64,000 nt of DNA, taken from NCBI GenBank assembly GCA_965198065.1, contig CBDAON010000004.1, positions 2,176,001-2,240,000 of the forward strand, in the 5' to 3' direction. The notes under the pieces are model-generated. The model saw only the letters and a program-made list of their open reading frames with translations. It did not search any database and was not told where the DNA came from. The position numbers and the translations under genes are program-made. Shown piece by piece: positions 8,418-18,040 of this stretch. The stretch's first letter is position 1. Each line of letters begins with the position of its first letter. This DNA comes from Longimicrobiales bacterium (GTDB lineage Bacteria > Gemmatimonadota > Gemmatimonadetes > Longimicrobiales > Gaopeijiaceae).

Positions 8418-11387
8418 GTGGCGGGACGGGCGTTTGCGGTCCTCCTCACCGCGTTTTCCCTGCCGGGCCTGGCCTCCGGCCAGATCCCCCCTCCCGACGA
8501 CGTGTACGTCACGCTCCGGACGGCGCACTTCAGGGTGACCTTTCCCGAGGACCTGGAGGAGCTCGGCCGGCGGGCGGCGGGCCACGCCGAAACCGCGTAC
8601 GAGCTCTTCTCCACGGGTTTCTTCGAGCCTCCCGGGACGGTCGATCTCTTAGTCACCGACCGGTCGGACCTGTCCATCGGCTTCGCGCGCGTCTTCCCGA
8701 CACTCCGAATCACGATCTGGGCGCAGCCACCCGTGGAGGGGCTCGCGCTCTCGCACTACGACGACTGGCTCGCGCTCATGGTGACGCACGAGGTGGCCCA
8801 CGCCTTCCACCTGGATTACGCGGGAGCGCCAGGGCGCCTGCTCCGTGGTGTTTTCAGACGGGTGCCGGAGCGCTGGCCCTACTTCTCGGCGCAAACGGTC
8901 CCGCTTCTCGCGATCGAGGGGATCGCGGTGCACGAGGAATTCCATAGCCACGGGAGCGGGCGGCTCGAGGGGACCCTGAACGAGGCGATCGTGCGGACCC
9001 GCTGGGCTGACGGAATCGCGGAATCGGTGGACCAGGGGATCGGGGCCTCGCCGATCTGGCCCGGGCGGGACCGGAGGTATGTGCATGGGGGACTGTTCTT
9101 CCAGCACCTCGCCGATACACGCGGCCAGGACGCGGTCGTCCGATTCCTCCGACTGGCGGCGGAGCAGTGGATTCCGTATCGCCTAGACGCGGCTGCCAGG
9201 GAGGCCTTCGGGAGCTCACTCGAGGCGCTCTGGGACGAGTGGATGGGGGAGGTGGCGAGAGAGACACAGGACCTTCGGGCGCGGATCGAGCGCGGACCTC
9301 GCGGGACGAGTCGGGCGCAGATCCTGACGGCGGGGGGCGCCTTCGCAGTCTACGCTGCGGCCGGTCTCGGGGGCCGAGTCGCCTACATCCGGAGCGACGA
9401 GCAGAGCGACATCCAGCTTCGCCTGCTCGCCGACGGGGAAGACCGCTCCCTCGGCCGCTGGAACACGGTGCTCGCGCCTCCCCGGTGGACGCCGGAGGGG
9501 GATCTCGTCGTGCCCCAGGCCGACTACGTGGACAGCTACCGGCTCCACCGGGACCTCTACGTCGTCACCCCCGAGGGGTCCGTGACCCGGCTCACGCGCG
9601 GTCTCCGGGTCGTCCACGCGGACCCGCACCCCGCGGGCGGGGGCTTCGCCGCCGTGCTCGGCGAGGCGGGAACGAACCGTCTCGCGCGCCTTGCCACCGA
9701 CGGCACCCTGGCGAGCGTCATTCGGGAAGCGGAGCCGGGGGTTCACTGGAGCTTCCCCGCGTGGTCCCCGGACGGCTCCCACCTCGCGGTCGTGCGAAGG
9801 GCCCTGGGGGGAGGGGCCTCGCTCCTCCTGCTGGACCCGGAGGGGGCCGTGATCGAGGAGATTGCCAGGGAGCCGGGCGTGCTCGCGGCTCCTTCCTGGG
9901 GACCGGGAGGCGAGTCTCTGGTCTGGAGCTCGGACCGGAGCGGCGTGCCGAATCTCTATGGGGTCCGGTTCCAGCCCGGCGACAGATCGCCGGGACCGGT
10001 GCGTCAGATCACAGACCTGGTCACCGCGGGAATCTTCCCGTCCGTCGATCCCCGGGGAGAATGGATTTACCTGTCGGTGCTGGGGAGCGCGGGGTGGGAG
10101 CTCGCGCGGATTCCGTACGCCCCCGACTCGTGGTCTGATCCCGCGCCGCTCCTGGAGCGTTACGAAGGGCTCCTGCCCTCCGGTCCACTGGACCCGGGAT
10201 CGTCGGGTGCGGGCCTTCCACCACCCGGACTCGAGGGAGCCACGATCGCCCCGTACTCGGCTCTGCTGACGCTCCTCCCCCGGTACTGGCGGCCGATCCG
10301 TCTGGAGGGAGAGGTGTCCGACGGTGTGAGGGTCCTGCCCGATCTGTGGGGGCTTCGGACCTCGGGATCCGACCTCGTCGGCCGGCACGCCTTCACCCTG
10401 GAGGTGGGGGTGCCCCTCTCGAAGCCGACGGACCGTGCCGAGGGGGCCGCGCACTATTCCTGGGCGGGGCTGGGAAACCCCGTGCTCCATTTTGAGACGG
10501 GTCAGAGCTGGGAGTTCTGGGGCAGGGTGGCCGCGCCCGGGGAAGACGGCGCTCCTGCCATGACCCTCGTCTCCCTTCGGCGGGAGCGGTTCGTCGGAGC
10601 CGCGGCAGAGCTCACTCGGAGGCGCCTTCGGGGGACCACGTTCGTGTCCGTGCGCGGGCGCTGGATCCGCCAGCACCGCGAGACGGTGGACGGGAAGGAG
10701 AGCGACCTCATGCCTTTCGTCGTTCGCTCGCCGTCCCTCCTCGAGGCACGGCTCTCCGCGGGTCTCTCCACTATCCGTTCCTTCCCGTTTTCCGTCTCCA
10801 CCCAGGAAGGGATCTCGCTCGGGATCGGGGCCCGGAGGCGCTGGGACCGATCTGTTTCGGCCGGACGATCGGGCGAAGAGGGCGTGGATGGGTCGTTCGA
10901 CGAGGTGACCGCGGTGTTTCGGGCCTACCGGGGCTTTCGGGGGCCGGGATACGCGCCCCACGTGCTCGCGGTGCGGGTCGCGGGCGGAATCGGGCGGGGG
11001 CCCGGAGCCGGGGACTCGCACTTCTTCCTGGGCGGAGCCGACCGGTTTCTTCCGGTGCGAGGCTTTGCACCCGGATCGCTCGCGGCCTCCACTGCCTGGT
11101 CCGCTTCCGCGGAATGGCGGTTTCCCGTGGCCCTGATAAACCGGGGATTCGGAGCGTGGCCCGTCCACGCGGACCGCCTGTCTGGCGCGGTCTTCTGGGA
11201 TTGGGCGGGAGGACGCGTCCGAGCTGGGGGTCGGGCGGAATGGGACGCCCTAGACTCCTTCGGAGCGGAGCTCACTCTTGTCTACTCGCTCTGGTTCGAG
11301 GAGCCGGGGCGGGTGCGTTTCGGAGTGGCCTTCAACCCCGAAACGAGCGACGCTTCCGCGTACGTAACTTCCGGTTGGTCGTTCTGA
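8418..11387 (+). CDS. Outer-membrane protein: signal peptide, HExxH metallopeptidase-like domain, TolB/PD40 beta-propeller, Omp85-like barrel
   Basis: HEVAH followed by IEGIAV; repeated PxWSPDG motifs; VRGF loop motif; C-terminal AYVTSGWSF beta-signal; start approximate. Confidence 0.75.
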   Translation: MAGRAFAVLLTAFSLPGLASGQIPPPDDVYVTLRTAHFRVTFPEDLEELGRRAAGHAETAYELFSTGFFEPPGTVDLLVTDRSDLSIGFARVFPTLRITIWAQPPVEGLALSHYDDWLALMVTHEVAHAFHLDYAGAPGRLLRGVFRRVPERWPYFSAQTVPLLAIEGIAVHEEFHSHGSGRLEGTLNEAIVRTRWADGIAESVDQGIGASPIWPGRDRRYVHGGLFFQHLADTRGQDAVVRFLRLAAEQWIPYRLDAAAREAFGSSLEALWDEWMGEVARETQDLRARIERGPRGTSRAQILTAGGAFAVYAAAGLGGRVAYIRSDEQSDIQLRLLADGEDRSLGRWNTVLAPPRWTPEGDLVVPQADYVDSYRLHRDLYVVTPEGSVTRLTRGLRVVHADPHPAGGGFAAVLGEAGTNRLARLATDGTLASVIREAEPGVHWSFPAWSPDGSHLAVVRRALGGGASLLLLDPEGAVIEEIAREPGVLAAPSWGPGGESLVWSSDRSGVPNLYGVRFQPGDRSPGPVRQITDLVTAGIFPSVDPRGEWIYLSVLGSAGWELARIPYAPDSWSDPAPLLERYEGLLPSGPLDPGSSGAGLPPPGLEGATIAPYSALLTLLPRYWRPIRLEGEVSDGVRVLPDLWGLRTSGSDLVGRHAFTLEVGVPLSKPTDRAEGAAHYSWAGLGNPVLHFETGQSWEFWGRVAAPGEDGAPAMTLVSLRRERFVGAAAELTRRRLRGTTFVSVRGRWIRQHRETVDGKESDLMPFVVRSPSLLEARLSAGLSTIRSFPFSVSTQEGISLGIGARRRWDRSVSAGRSGEEGVDGSFDEVTAVFRAYRGFRGPGYAPHVLAVRVAGGIGRGPGAGDSHFFLGGADRFLPVRGFAPGSLAASTAWSASAEWRFPVALINRGFGAWPVHADRLSGAVFWDWAGGRVRAGGRAEWDALDSFGAELTLVYSLWFEEPGRVRFGVAFNPETSDASAYVTSGWSF

Positions 11388-11431
11388 GCCCAGGCCTTTC
11401 CCAGGCATGGCGAGATCTGTCAGCTTTTCCC

Positions 11432-11460
11432 TTGACCCACTATATGTCGTGTCCTATTCT
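11432..11460 (+). promoter_or_regulatory. Sigma70-type promoter for nrdJ
   Basis: TTGACC (11432-37), 17-bp spacer, TATTCT (11455-60). Confidence 0.7.
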
Positions 11461-11483
11461 AGGGGTCACGCCAGATTTTGTAT
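11437..11483. promoter_or_regulatory. Tandem NrdR boxes
   Basis: CCACTATATGTCGTGT (11437-52) and ACGCCAGATTTTGTAT (11468-83) fit acaCwAtATaTwGtgt; starts 31 bp apart; upstream of an RNR gene. Confidence 0.8.
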
Positions 11484-11648
11484 CGTGGCCGCCGGCTTTC
11501 CACACAAGGACCGGCTGAGGGCGGGCGAATCGGCCGGTTTTCCACGTCTCTCCCGTGGCTTTCCACGCCGTTCCCACGCCGTCGAGCGGGTGGGGAGTCC
11601 TTTCGCTGGCCACTTTTGAGCCGACGCACGACCACGGAGCACCGCACG

Positions 11649-14600
11649 ATGCACTCCAGCAAGGATCGCCCCGCCGGAAGCGACAGTTCGGCCCTCCACG
11701 GGCGGGTCCCCGAAGACCTCCCCCCGGCCGCCCTCAGCGAGAACGCGAGGACCGTGCTCGCCAAACGCTACCTGACGAAGGACGAAGAGGGGAATCCGAT
11801 CGAAGAGCCCGAGACGATGTTCTGGAGGGTAGCCCGGGTCATCGCGGGGGCGGACCGCGCGTACGGGGCGTCGGATGCGGCGATCGAGGAGCTGGCCCGG
11901 CAGTTCTACGACCTCATGGCGACTGGCAAGTTCGAGCCGAACTCTCCCACGCTCATGAACGCCGGGCGCCCCCTGGGGCAGCTCTCGGCCTGCTTCGTTT
12001 TGCCGGTAGATGACGCCCTTTCGAACGGGCGGAGCGGGATCTACGACACGCTGAAGGCGATGGCACTCGTTCATCAGTCGGGTGGGGGGTGCGTATCGGG
12101 GGACGCGCAGGTCCACACGACGTTCTGCGGCGTGGAGACCATCGAGCAGCTCTACGGTCGCGTGCGTTCGTCGGGCGTCGAGGAGATGGTGGGTGAGGAT
12201 CACCGCATCATGGACGTCCAGCCCCTGGACATCCGCACGATGGCGCTGGACCCCCTGACGGGGAGCTTCCAGCCCAAGCAGGTCACCCACCTTTGGCGGT
12301 GGGAGGTCCCCGCCGAGCATCAGTGGCGGATCCGCTGCACGGACGGGAGCGAGGTGACGACGAGCGCCTGGCATCCGTTCCTGGTGCTCACGCCCGACGG
12401 GATCCAGGACCAGCGGGCAGACGCGCTTCGCCCCGGGAACGTCCTGGTCGGCCCGAACGCCTCCGTCCGGAACGCGTGGCCGGTCAGGGAACGGAGGGTG
12501 GTCGCCGGGCTGCCGGTGGACGAGGGGCTCGCCTGGCTCGCCGGCCACTTCCTGGGCTCGGGGAGACTGGACCGCTTCGGGCGACGGACGAACGGGAGCG
12601 GGCCGCTCCGGCTCCGGCTCGAGGGAGGGAAGGAGAGCATCGATCGGGCTTCCGTCCTGCTGGCCCGGCATGGCGCGAGGGTCGCGCCCCGGATCGAGAG
12701 CCGGGGTCGATGGTCCGTCCGTACGACCCATCGCACCTTCGTTCCCGCGTTCGCCGGGATCGTCGAGTCCCGTCCGGCTCACCAGGACGAGAAGACCTTG
12801 CCCGAGTGGGTCGGGAAATCCCCCCTCCCCGTGGTTGCCGCATTCCTCGGAGGGCTGGTCGACTCGGGGTGCACGATCAGCACCGAGCGCGAGCGGGTCG
12901 TCCTCTCGGCTTCGAGCCGCCTGCTCGCACGCCGTCTCGTCTCCCTCCTGAGCGTCCTGGGCTTCGACCCGTCGCTCCGCAAGATGTCCAGGGCGGACGG
13001 CTTGAAGGAATACCGGGTCTGGCTCGCGAGCCCCGAGAGGAATGCCGACCTCGTCACGTTCATCGAGGGATGGGTGCACGATATGTCGCACGGCCGGAAG
13101 ATCGACGTCCTCCGGGAGCGCTCGCGACGTGCCCGAAGCGCAGGCCCCGGCCTCGGGGACTCGACCCTCGAGACCCTACGCCGGGCCGCGGAGCTCGGGG
13201 ATTCGGCCGTCGAGGCGCTCGCGCCCGTGGCGGGCGGTCGTGCGACGGTTGCCTCGGTGGAGCCGGCGTCCGAGCCCCGGGACTTTTACGACTTCACGGT
13301 CGAAGACCACAACAACTACCTGGCCGGGGGGGGTAGTGGGAAGTTTCTCGTCATCCACAACACCGGCTTCGCCTTCTCGCGCATTCGGCCCAGGGGGGAC
13401 ACGGTCCGCTCCACGATGGGGGTCGCTTCGGGGCCGGTTTCCTTCATGCGCCTCTACGACGCGTCCACGGAGGTCGTGAAGCAAGGCGGCACCCGTCGCG
13501 GTGCGAACATGGGGATCCTCCGGGTGGACCACCCCGACATTCGCGAGTTCATCACCTGCAAGGACGACCCGTCCCAGGTCACGAACTTCAACATCTCCGT
13601 CGCCATCACGGACCGGTTCATGGAGGCCGTGCGCACGGCCTCCGAGTACGACCTCGTGAACCCGCGCACGGGCGAAGTTGTCCGCCGCGAGAACGCGCGC
13701 GAGATCTTCGACATGATCGTGCACGGCGCCTGGAAGACCGGCGAGCCGGGCGTGTTCTTCATCGATCGGGCGAACGAGTACAACCCGGTTCCGGACCTGG
13801 GGAGCTACGAAGCGACAAATCCGTGCGGCGAGCAACCGCTCCTTTCCTACGACGTTTGCAACCTCGGAAGCCTGAACGTCGGAGCCTTCGTCAAGGCAGA
13901 CGCGCCGGCCGACGCGACCCCCGACGAGCGGATCGACTGGGAGGAGATGGCCGCCGCCGTCCGCCTCTCCACGCACTTCCTGGACAATGTCATCGACGCG
14001 AACAGATACCCGCTCCCCGCGATCGAGGAGCTCGCGCAGGAGATCCGCCGGATCGGTCTCGGCGTCATGGGGTGGGCCGACCTCCTCGGGCGGGTGGGAG
14101 TCCCCTACGACTCCGAGGAAGGGGTCGAGCTCGGACGAAAGGTCATGCGGTTCGTGAACGAGGAGGGAGAGCAGGCCTCCGAAAAGCTGGCCACGGTTCG
14201 CGGTGTGTTCCCGGCGTGGGAGCACTCGACCTGGGGACCCGACACTACGGCTGCCCGACGTCCGGACGGAGTCCGGGTTCACCCGGAGCGGCGTCTCCGA
14301 AACTGCAATATCACGACGGTCGCGCCCACGGGCACGATCTCGATTTTCGCCGGATGCTCGGGGGGGATCGAGCCCCTCTTTGCGGTGGCATTCATGCGGA
14401 ACCAGGCTGGTGCCATGATGCCGGACGTGAACGAGGACTTCGTCAGGATCGCGAAGGAGCAGGGGTGGTACTCCGAGCCGCTCATGGAGCGGATCGCGTC
14501 CGATGGGCACATCCACTTCGACGAGGTTCCGGCCGACGTGCAGCGCGTGTTTGTGACCTCGCACGACATCAGCCCGGAGTGGCATGTGAGGATGCAGGCG

Positions 14601-15461
14601 GCCTTTCAGGACCATACCCACAGCGCCATCTCCAAGACGACCAACTTCCCCCACCAGGCCACGGAGAAGGACGTGTGCGAGATCTACGAGCTGGCCTTCG
14701 AGCTCGGATGCAAAGGAGTGACCGTGTATCGGGACGGCTCGAGGCCGATGCAGGTGCTCTCGACAGGGAGGACGGAGAATAGCGAGGCGACGGACCAGGA
14801 GAAGGCCGGGCTCGAGCAGCAGCTCGCGGACTCGCGCGAGGAGAATCACCGGCTGCACATCGAGATCGAGCGGCTCCAGCGAGCCATCGAGGAGCGCGAC
14901 GAGGACGCCCGCGCCGGGCGGCACAAGCGGCAACGGCCCCAGCTCCTGAAGGGCCGGACCGTGAAGATGAACTCACCCCTCGGCGACCTGTACGTCACGA
15001 TCAACGAGGACGAGCAGGGTCGTGCCTTCGAGGTGTTCTGCACGCTCGGCAAGGCTGGGGGCGCTGCCATGGCCGACACGGAGGCGATCGGCCGTCTCGC
15101 CTCGCTAGCGCTCCGGTCGGGGATCCCGATCACGGCGGTCCGGGATCAGCTCCGCGGGATCTCGTGCGATCGGGCGGTCGGCGTGGGGCCGACCAAGATT
15201 CTGTCCGCACCCGATGCGGTGGCGCAGGCGATCGACCGGTATGTTGCGGAACGCGAGGGGGTACAGGAGGAGCTTCCCATCGCGCCCCCGGTGCGGGTGA
15301 GCGGTCATCCCGCCACCCGGCCGCAGGCGCGAACGGCGCTCTCCCCTGCGCAGATGGACCAATCGTTTCTCGGGAGCTGCCCGGAATGCGGGACGGGTCA
15401 GCTGGCGTACGAGGAGGGGTGCGTGAAGTGCCGCGTGTGCGGGTACAGTGAGTGTGGGTGA
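11649..15461 (+). CDS. nrdJ: Class II (B12-dependent) ribonucleotide reductase with intein, C-terminal TSCPD-like domain and Zn ribbon
   Basis: PNSPTLMNAG, QLSACFV, TNPCGEQ, RRIGLGVMG, VAPTGT, SAISKT motifs; C-terminal CPECG..CVKCRVCGYSECG; no ATP cone. Confidence 0.95.
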   Translation: MHSSKDRPAGSDSSALHGRVPEDLPPAALSENARTVLAKRYLTKDEEGNPIEEPETMFWRVARVIAGADRAYGASDAAIEELARQFYDLMATGKFEPNSPTLMNAGRPLGQLSACFVLPVDDALSNGRSGIYDTLKAMALVHQSGGGCVSGDAQVHTTFCGVETIEQLYGRVRSSGVEEMVGEDHRIMDVQPLDIRTMALDPLTGSFQPKQVTHLWRWEVPAEHQWRIRCTDGSEVTTSAWHPFLVLTPDGIQDQRADALRPGNVLVGPNASVRNAWPVRERRVVAGLPVDEGLAWLAGHFLGSGRLDRFGRRTNGSGPLRLRLEGGKESIDRASVLLARHGARVAPRIESRGRWSVRTTHRTFVPAFAGIVESRPAHQDEKTLPEWVGKSPLPVVAAFLGGLVDSGCTISTERERVVLSASSRLLARRLVSLLSVLGFDPSLRKMSRADGLKEYRVWLASPERNADLVTFIEGWVHDMSHGRKIDVLRERSRRARSAGPGLGDSTLETLRRAAELGDSAVEALAPVAGGRATVASVEPASEPRDFYDFTVEDHNNYLAGGGSGKFLVIHNTGFAFSRIRPRGDTVRSTMGVASGPVSFMRLYDASTEVVKQGGTRRGANMGILRVDHPDIREFITCKDDPSQVTNFNISVAITDRFMEAVRTASEYDLVNPRTGEVVRRENAREIFDMIVHGAWKTGEPGVFFIDRANEYNPVPDLGSYEATNPCGEQPLLSYDVCNLGSLNVGAFVKADAPADATPDERIDWEEMAAAVRLSTHFLDNVIDANRYPLPAIEELAQEIRRIGLGVMGWADLLGRVGVPYDSEEGVELGRKVMRFVNEEGEQASEKLATVRGVFPAWEHSTWGPDTTAARRPDGVRVHPERRLRNCNITTVAPTGTISIFAGCSGGIEPLFAVAFMRNQAGAMMPDVNEDFVRIAKEQGWYSEPLMERIASDGHIHFDEVPADVQRVFVTSHDISPEWHVRMQAAFQDHTHSAISKTTNFPHQATEKDVCEIYELAFELGCKGVTVYRDGSRPMQVLSTGRTENSEATDQEKAGLEQQLADSREENHRLHIEIERLQRAIEERDEDARAGRHKRQRPQLLKGRTVKMNSPLGDLYVTINEDEQGRAFEVFCTLGKAGGAAMADTEAIGRLASLALRSGIPITAVRDQLRGISCDRAVGVGPTKILSAPDAVAQAIDRYVAEREGVQEELPIAPPVRVSGHPATRPQARTALSPAQMDQSFLGSCPECGTGQLAYEEGCVKCRVCGYSECG
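12090..13361 (+). mobile_element. Intein (424 aa) with degenerate LAGLIDADG domain, inserted at GGG/TG of NrdJ
   Basis: Begins CVSGDAQV; block B TSAWHPFLV; block F FYDFTVEDHNNYLA; ends IHN followed by Thr; removal restores HQSGGG-TGFAFSRIRP. Confidence 0.93.
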
Positions 15462-15492
15462 GGTTAGACGGCGATGGAGGGGCGGTGCGCGC

Positions 15493-16731
15493 ATGACCGA
15501 GGACGTAGCCAGCGGAGTCCAGCGGTATCTCGACGAGGCCGAGCGCTGGAGCGCGCGAAACTACTTGCCCCTGCCCGTCGTCCTCGAGCGGGGGGAAGGG
15601 GTCTGGGTCTGGGACGTCCAGGGAAGGCGTTACCTGGACATGCTCGCCGCGTACTCCGCCCTGAACCAGGGGCACCGACACCCCCGCATCGTCGAGGCAG
15701 CGCGTGAGCAGCTGGATCGCCTGACCATCACATCGAGGGCGTTCCACAACGACCGGATGGGGCCCTTCCTGGGCGAGCTCTGCCGGCTCGCCGGATTCGA
15801 GAAGGCCCTCCCGATGAACACCGGGGCCGAGGCCGTGGAGACGGCCCTGAAGATGGTCCGGAAGTGGGGCCACGAGGTCAAGGGAGTCCCGACCGACCAG
15901 GCCGAGATCGTCGTCTGCGAAGGGAACTTCGCGGGACGTACGATCACGATCATTTCGTTCTCCTCCGAGGCGCAGTACCGGAATGGATACGGGCCCTTCA
16001 CGCCGGGGTTCCGGACGATCCCGTACGGGGACGCGAGGGCGCTCCGCGGCGCCATCAGCGACCGCACAGTCGGCTTCCTGGTCGAGCCGATCCAAGGGGA
16101 GGGCGGCGTCGTCGTGCCGCCGGACGGCTATCTGGCGGAGGTGCGAGACATCTGCGAGCGGGAAGGGGTGGCCCTCATGGCCGACGAGATCCAGACCGGG
16201 CTCGGGCGGACCGGGCGGCTCTTCTGCTGCGACTGGGAGGGTGTGCGTCCCGACGTGCTGATTATCGGCAAGGCGCTGGGCGGCGGCGTCTATCCCGTGT
16301 CTGCGGTCCTGGCCGACGCGGAGTACATGGACGTGTTCCACCCCGGGGACCACGGGTCCACCTTCGGGGGAAACCCTCTTGGCGCTGCGGTCGGGCTCGC
16401 TTCGCTTCGGGTCACCGTGGAGGAGGAGCTCCCCCGCCGCGCGTACGAGCTCGGCTCCTGGTTCATGGACCGGCTGCGGGCCGTCGGTTCGCCGCACGTG
16501 GCCGAGGTCCGCGGCAAGGGGCTCATGATCGGTGTGGTGATCAAGGATTCCTCGGGTCGGGCGCGCCCGTTCTGTGAGGCCCTGATGGAACGCGGCATCC
16601 TAGCGAAGGAAACGCACGATCAGGTGGTTCGGTTCGCGCCGCCTCTCACGATCGAAAAGGCCGTCCTCGAGGAGGCGCTCGAGGCGATCGGCCCGGTTCT
16701 CCACGGCGAGGGGGTCGAGCTCGCCAGCTGA
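15493..16731 (+). CDS. rocD: Ornithine--oxo-acid aminotransferase
   Basis: NYLPLPVVL, YSALNQGH, MNTGAEAVETA, DEIQTGLGRTG, GKALGGG, HGSTFGGNP motifs. Confidence 0.92.
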   Translation: MTEDVASGVQRYLDEAERWSARNYLPLPVVLERGEGVWVWDVQGRRYLDMLAAYSALNQGHRHPRIVEAAREQLDRLTITSRAFHNDRMGPFLGELCRLAGFEKALPMNTGAEAVETALKMVRKWGHEVKGVPTDQAEIVVCEGNFAGRTITIISFSSEAQYRNGYGPFTPGFRTIPYGDARALRGAISDRTVGFLVEPIQGEGGVVVPPDGYLAEVRDICEREGVALMADEIQTGLGRTGRLFCCDWEGVRPDVLIIGKALGGGVYPVSAVLADAEYMDVFHPGDHGSTFGGNPLGAAVGLASLRVTVEEELPRRAYELGSWFMDRLRAVGSPHVAEVRGKGLMIGVVIKDSSGRARPFCEALMERGILAKETHDQVVRFAPPLTIEKAVLEEALEAIGPVLHGEGVELAS

Positions 16732-16782
16732 TCGGTCGCGCTCCCGGCTGGTCCGTCACGCTCGCCGGTCGATTGGTCGAAC

Positions 16783-17061
16783 TCACCACTCGATCTGGTC
16801 CCGCTTCGACGTGTCGACCTGCTCGGCGTCCCCGTCACCGAGCAGGGCCTCGTCCACCTGCCGGTAGAGAAACTCACGGGCCTTCGGGTCACGGGGATCG
16901 AGCCCGTAATGGTTGATCAAGAGTGTCTGGTGCTGGAGCCAGTCCTTCCAGCAGGCCGCGCACACTTGCGCGCGGATTTGCTCACCTCGCTCCCCCTTGA
17001 ACGGCGGCTTTTCCAGGGCCGCCCGGTCCTCTCGGCAGCGTCTGCAGTGAATGGTCTCCAA
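16783..17061 (-). CDS. Fe(II)-trafficking / oxidative damage protection protein (YggX-like)
   Basis: PPFKGERGEQI..VCAACWKDWLQHQTLLINHYGLDP..PKAREFL; TTG start with GAGGAG RBS. Confidence 0.8.
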   Translation of the reverse strand: METIHCRRCREDRAALEKPPFKGERGEQIRAQVCAACWKDWLQHQTLLINHYGLDPRDPKAREFLYRQVDEALLGDGDAEQVDTSKRDQIEW

Positions 17062-17217
17062 CGGGCTCTCCTCGGAGAAGCAGTGGGGCCCACCTCCGGT
17101 GGACTCACGTCTCGCGAACGGGTATCTTCCCCTGCTGGCCCTGGGGCATCGATCGCTGGCCCTGGGGCTTACCTGACCACGTGTTCGGGGTTTCTTGGAT
17201 CCAAGTCGACGACGTCG

Positions 17218-17595
17218 ATGAGAGAAAGGCAGCTGACCCACCTGGAGAAGCGGCTCCTTGAGGAGCGCTCCAGGGCCCTCCGCTCCCTCGGCCTGTTCGA
17301 TCAGATGGCGAAGGCCGATCGCGAATCGCACGACTCTGATCTGGCCGCCTACACGGACCACATGGCCGACCAGGGAACCGAAGCGATGGAGCGGGAAAAG
17401 GCGGCGCTCTTCGCCACCAAGGAGGGGCGCTACCTGTATCGGATCGAGGAAGCGCTGCGTCGGCTGTACAACGATCCCAAGACCTTCGGCGTCTGCCACA
17501 CGTGCGGCGCTCCCGTGGGGTTCGAGCGGCTGGACGCCCTCCCGCACGCGCGCTACTGCATCGACTGCAAGGTTCGAGAAGAAGAGTCCGTGTGA
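17218..17595 (+). CDS. DksA/TraR family C4 zinc-finger protein
   Basis: Coiled coil with HMADQGT tip; FGVCHTCG..ERLDALPHARYCIDC. Confidence 0.88.
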   Translation: MRERQLTHLEKRLLEERSRALRSLGLFDQMAKADRESHDSDLAAYTDHMADQGTEAMEREKAALFATKEGRYLYRIEEALRRLYNDPKTFGVCHTCGAPVGFERLDALPHARYCIDCKVREEESV

Positions 17596-17599
17596 CGGT

Positions 17600-17977
17600 T
17601 CAGCCCACTTCCTCGAGCTCCTTCTTGGATCTCGTGTGAATAGGGCTCGCATCCCTCCACAGGCCCTCGATCTGATCACGGACCCTCCGCACCTTAGCCT
17701 CCAGGGGCTGATCCTGGAGGTGGTACCGCGCGGCGCTCAGAGCCCGATAGGCGCGCCACAAAGCGGATGACGCCGGGGTCTGCTCGTGGCTCCGGCGCTT
17801 TTCTCCGCGAACGCGGGCCAGCACCCAATCCGTCATCTCTTCATCGAGGAGCAAGACGTCTCCCTCGGTCTTGGACTCCTTCGTAACGAACTTCTGCAGC
17901 TTCTTCTTGAAGCTCTTCGGTACCCCCGCCACCACGTACACGGACAGATCGTCCCTCTCCAGCATTTCCGAAGCCAT
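17600..17977 (-). CDS. Hypothetical protein (125 aa)
   Basis: ATG with GGAGGT RBS; protein-like composition; co-oriented downstream of rnd. Confidence 0.65.
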   Translation of the reverse strand: MASEMLERDDLSVYVVAGVPKSFKKKLQKFVTKESKTEGDVLLLDEEMTDWVLARVRGEKRRSHEQTPASSALWRAYRALSAARYHLQDQPLEAKVRRVRDQIEGLWRDASPIHTRSKKELEEVG

Positions 17978-18040
17978 CGGACCTCCGGTTGTCTTCCAGT
18001 GATTGTCAACCGGGATCCCGGCGCCGCCGGCGCCGAGTCA

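Noticed and set aside
11388..11648. Cobalamin riboswitch upstream of the B12-dependent RNR
   Set aside because: No B12-box seen; the region is explained by the promoter and NrdR boxes.
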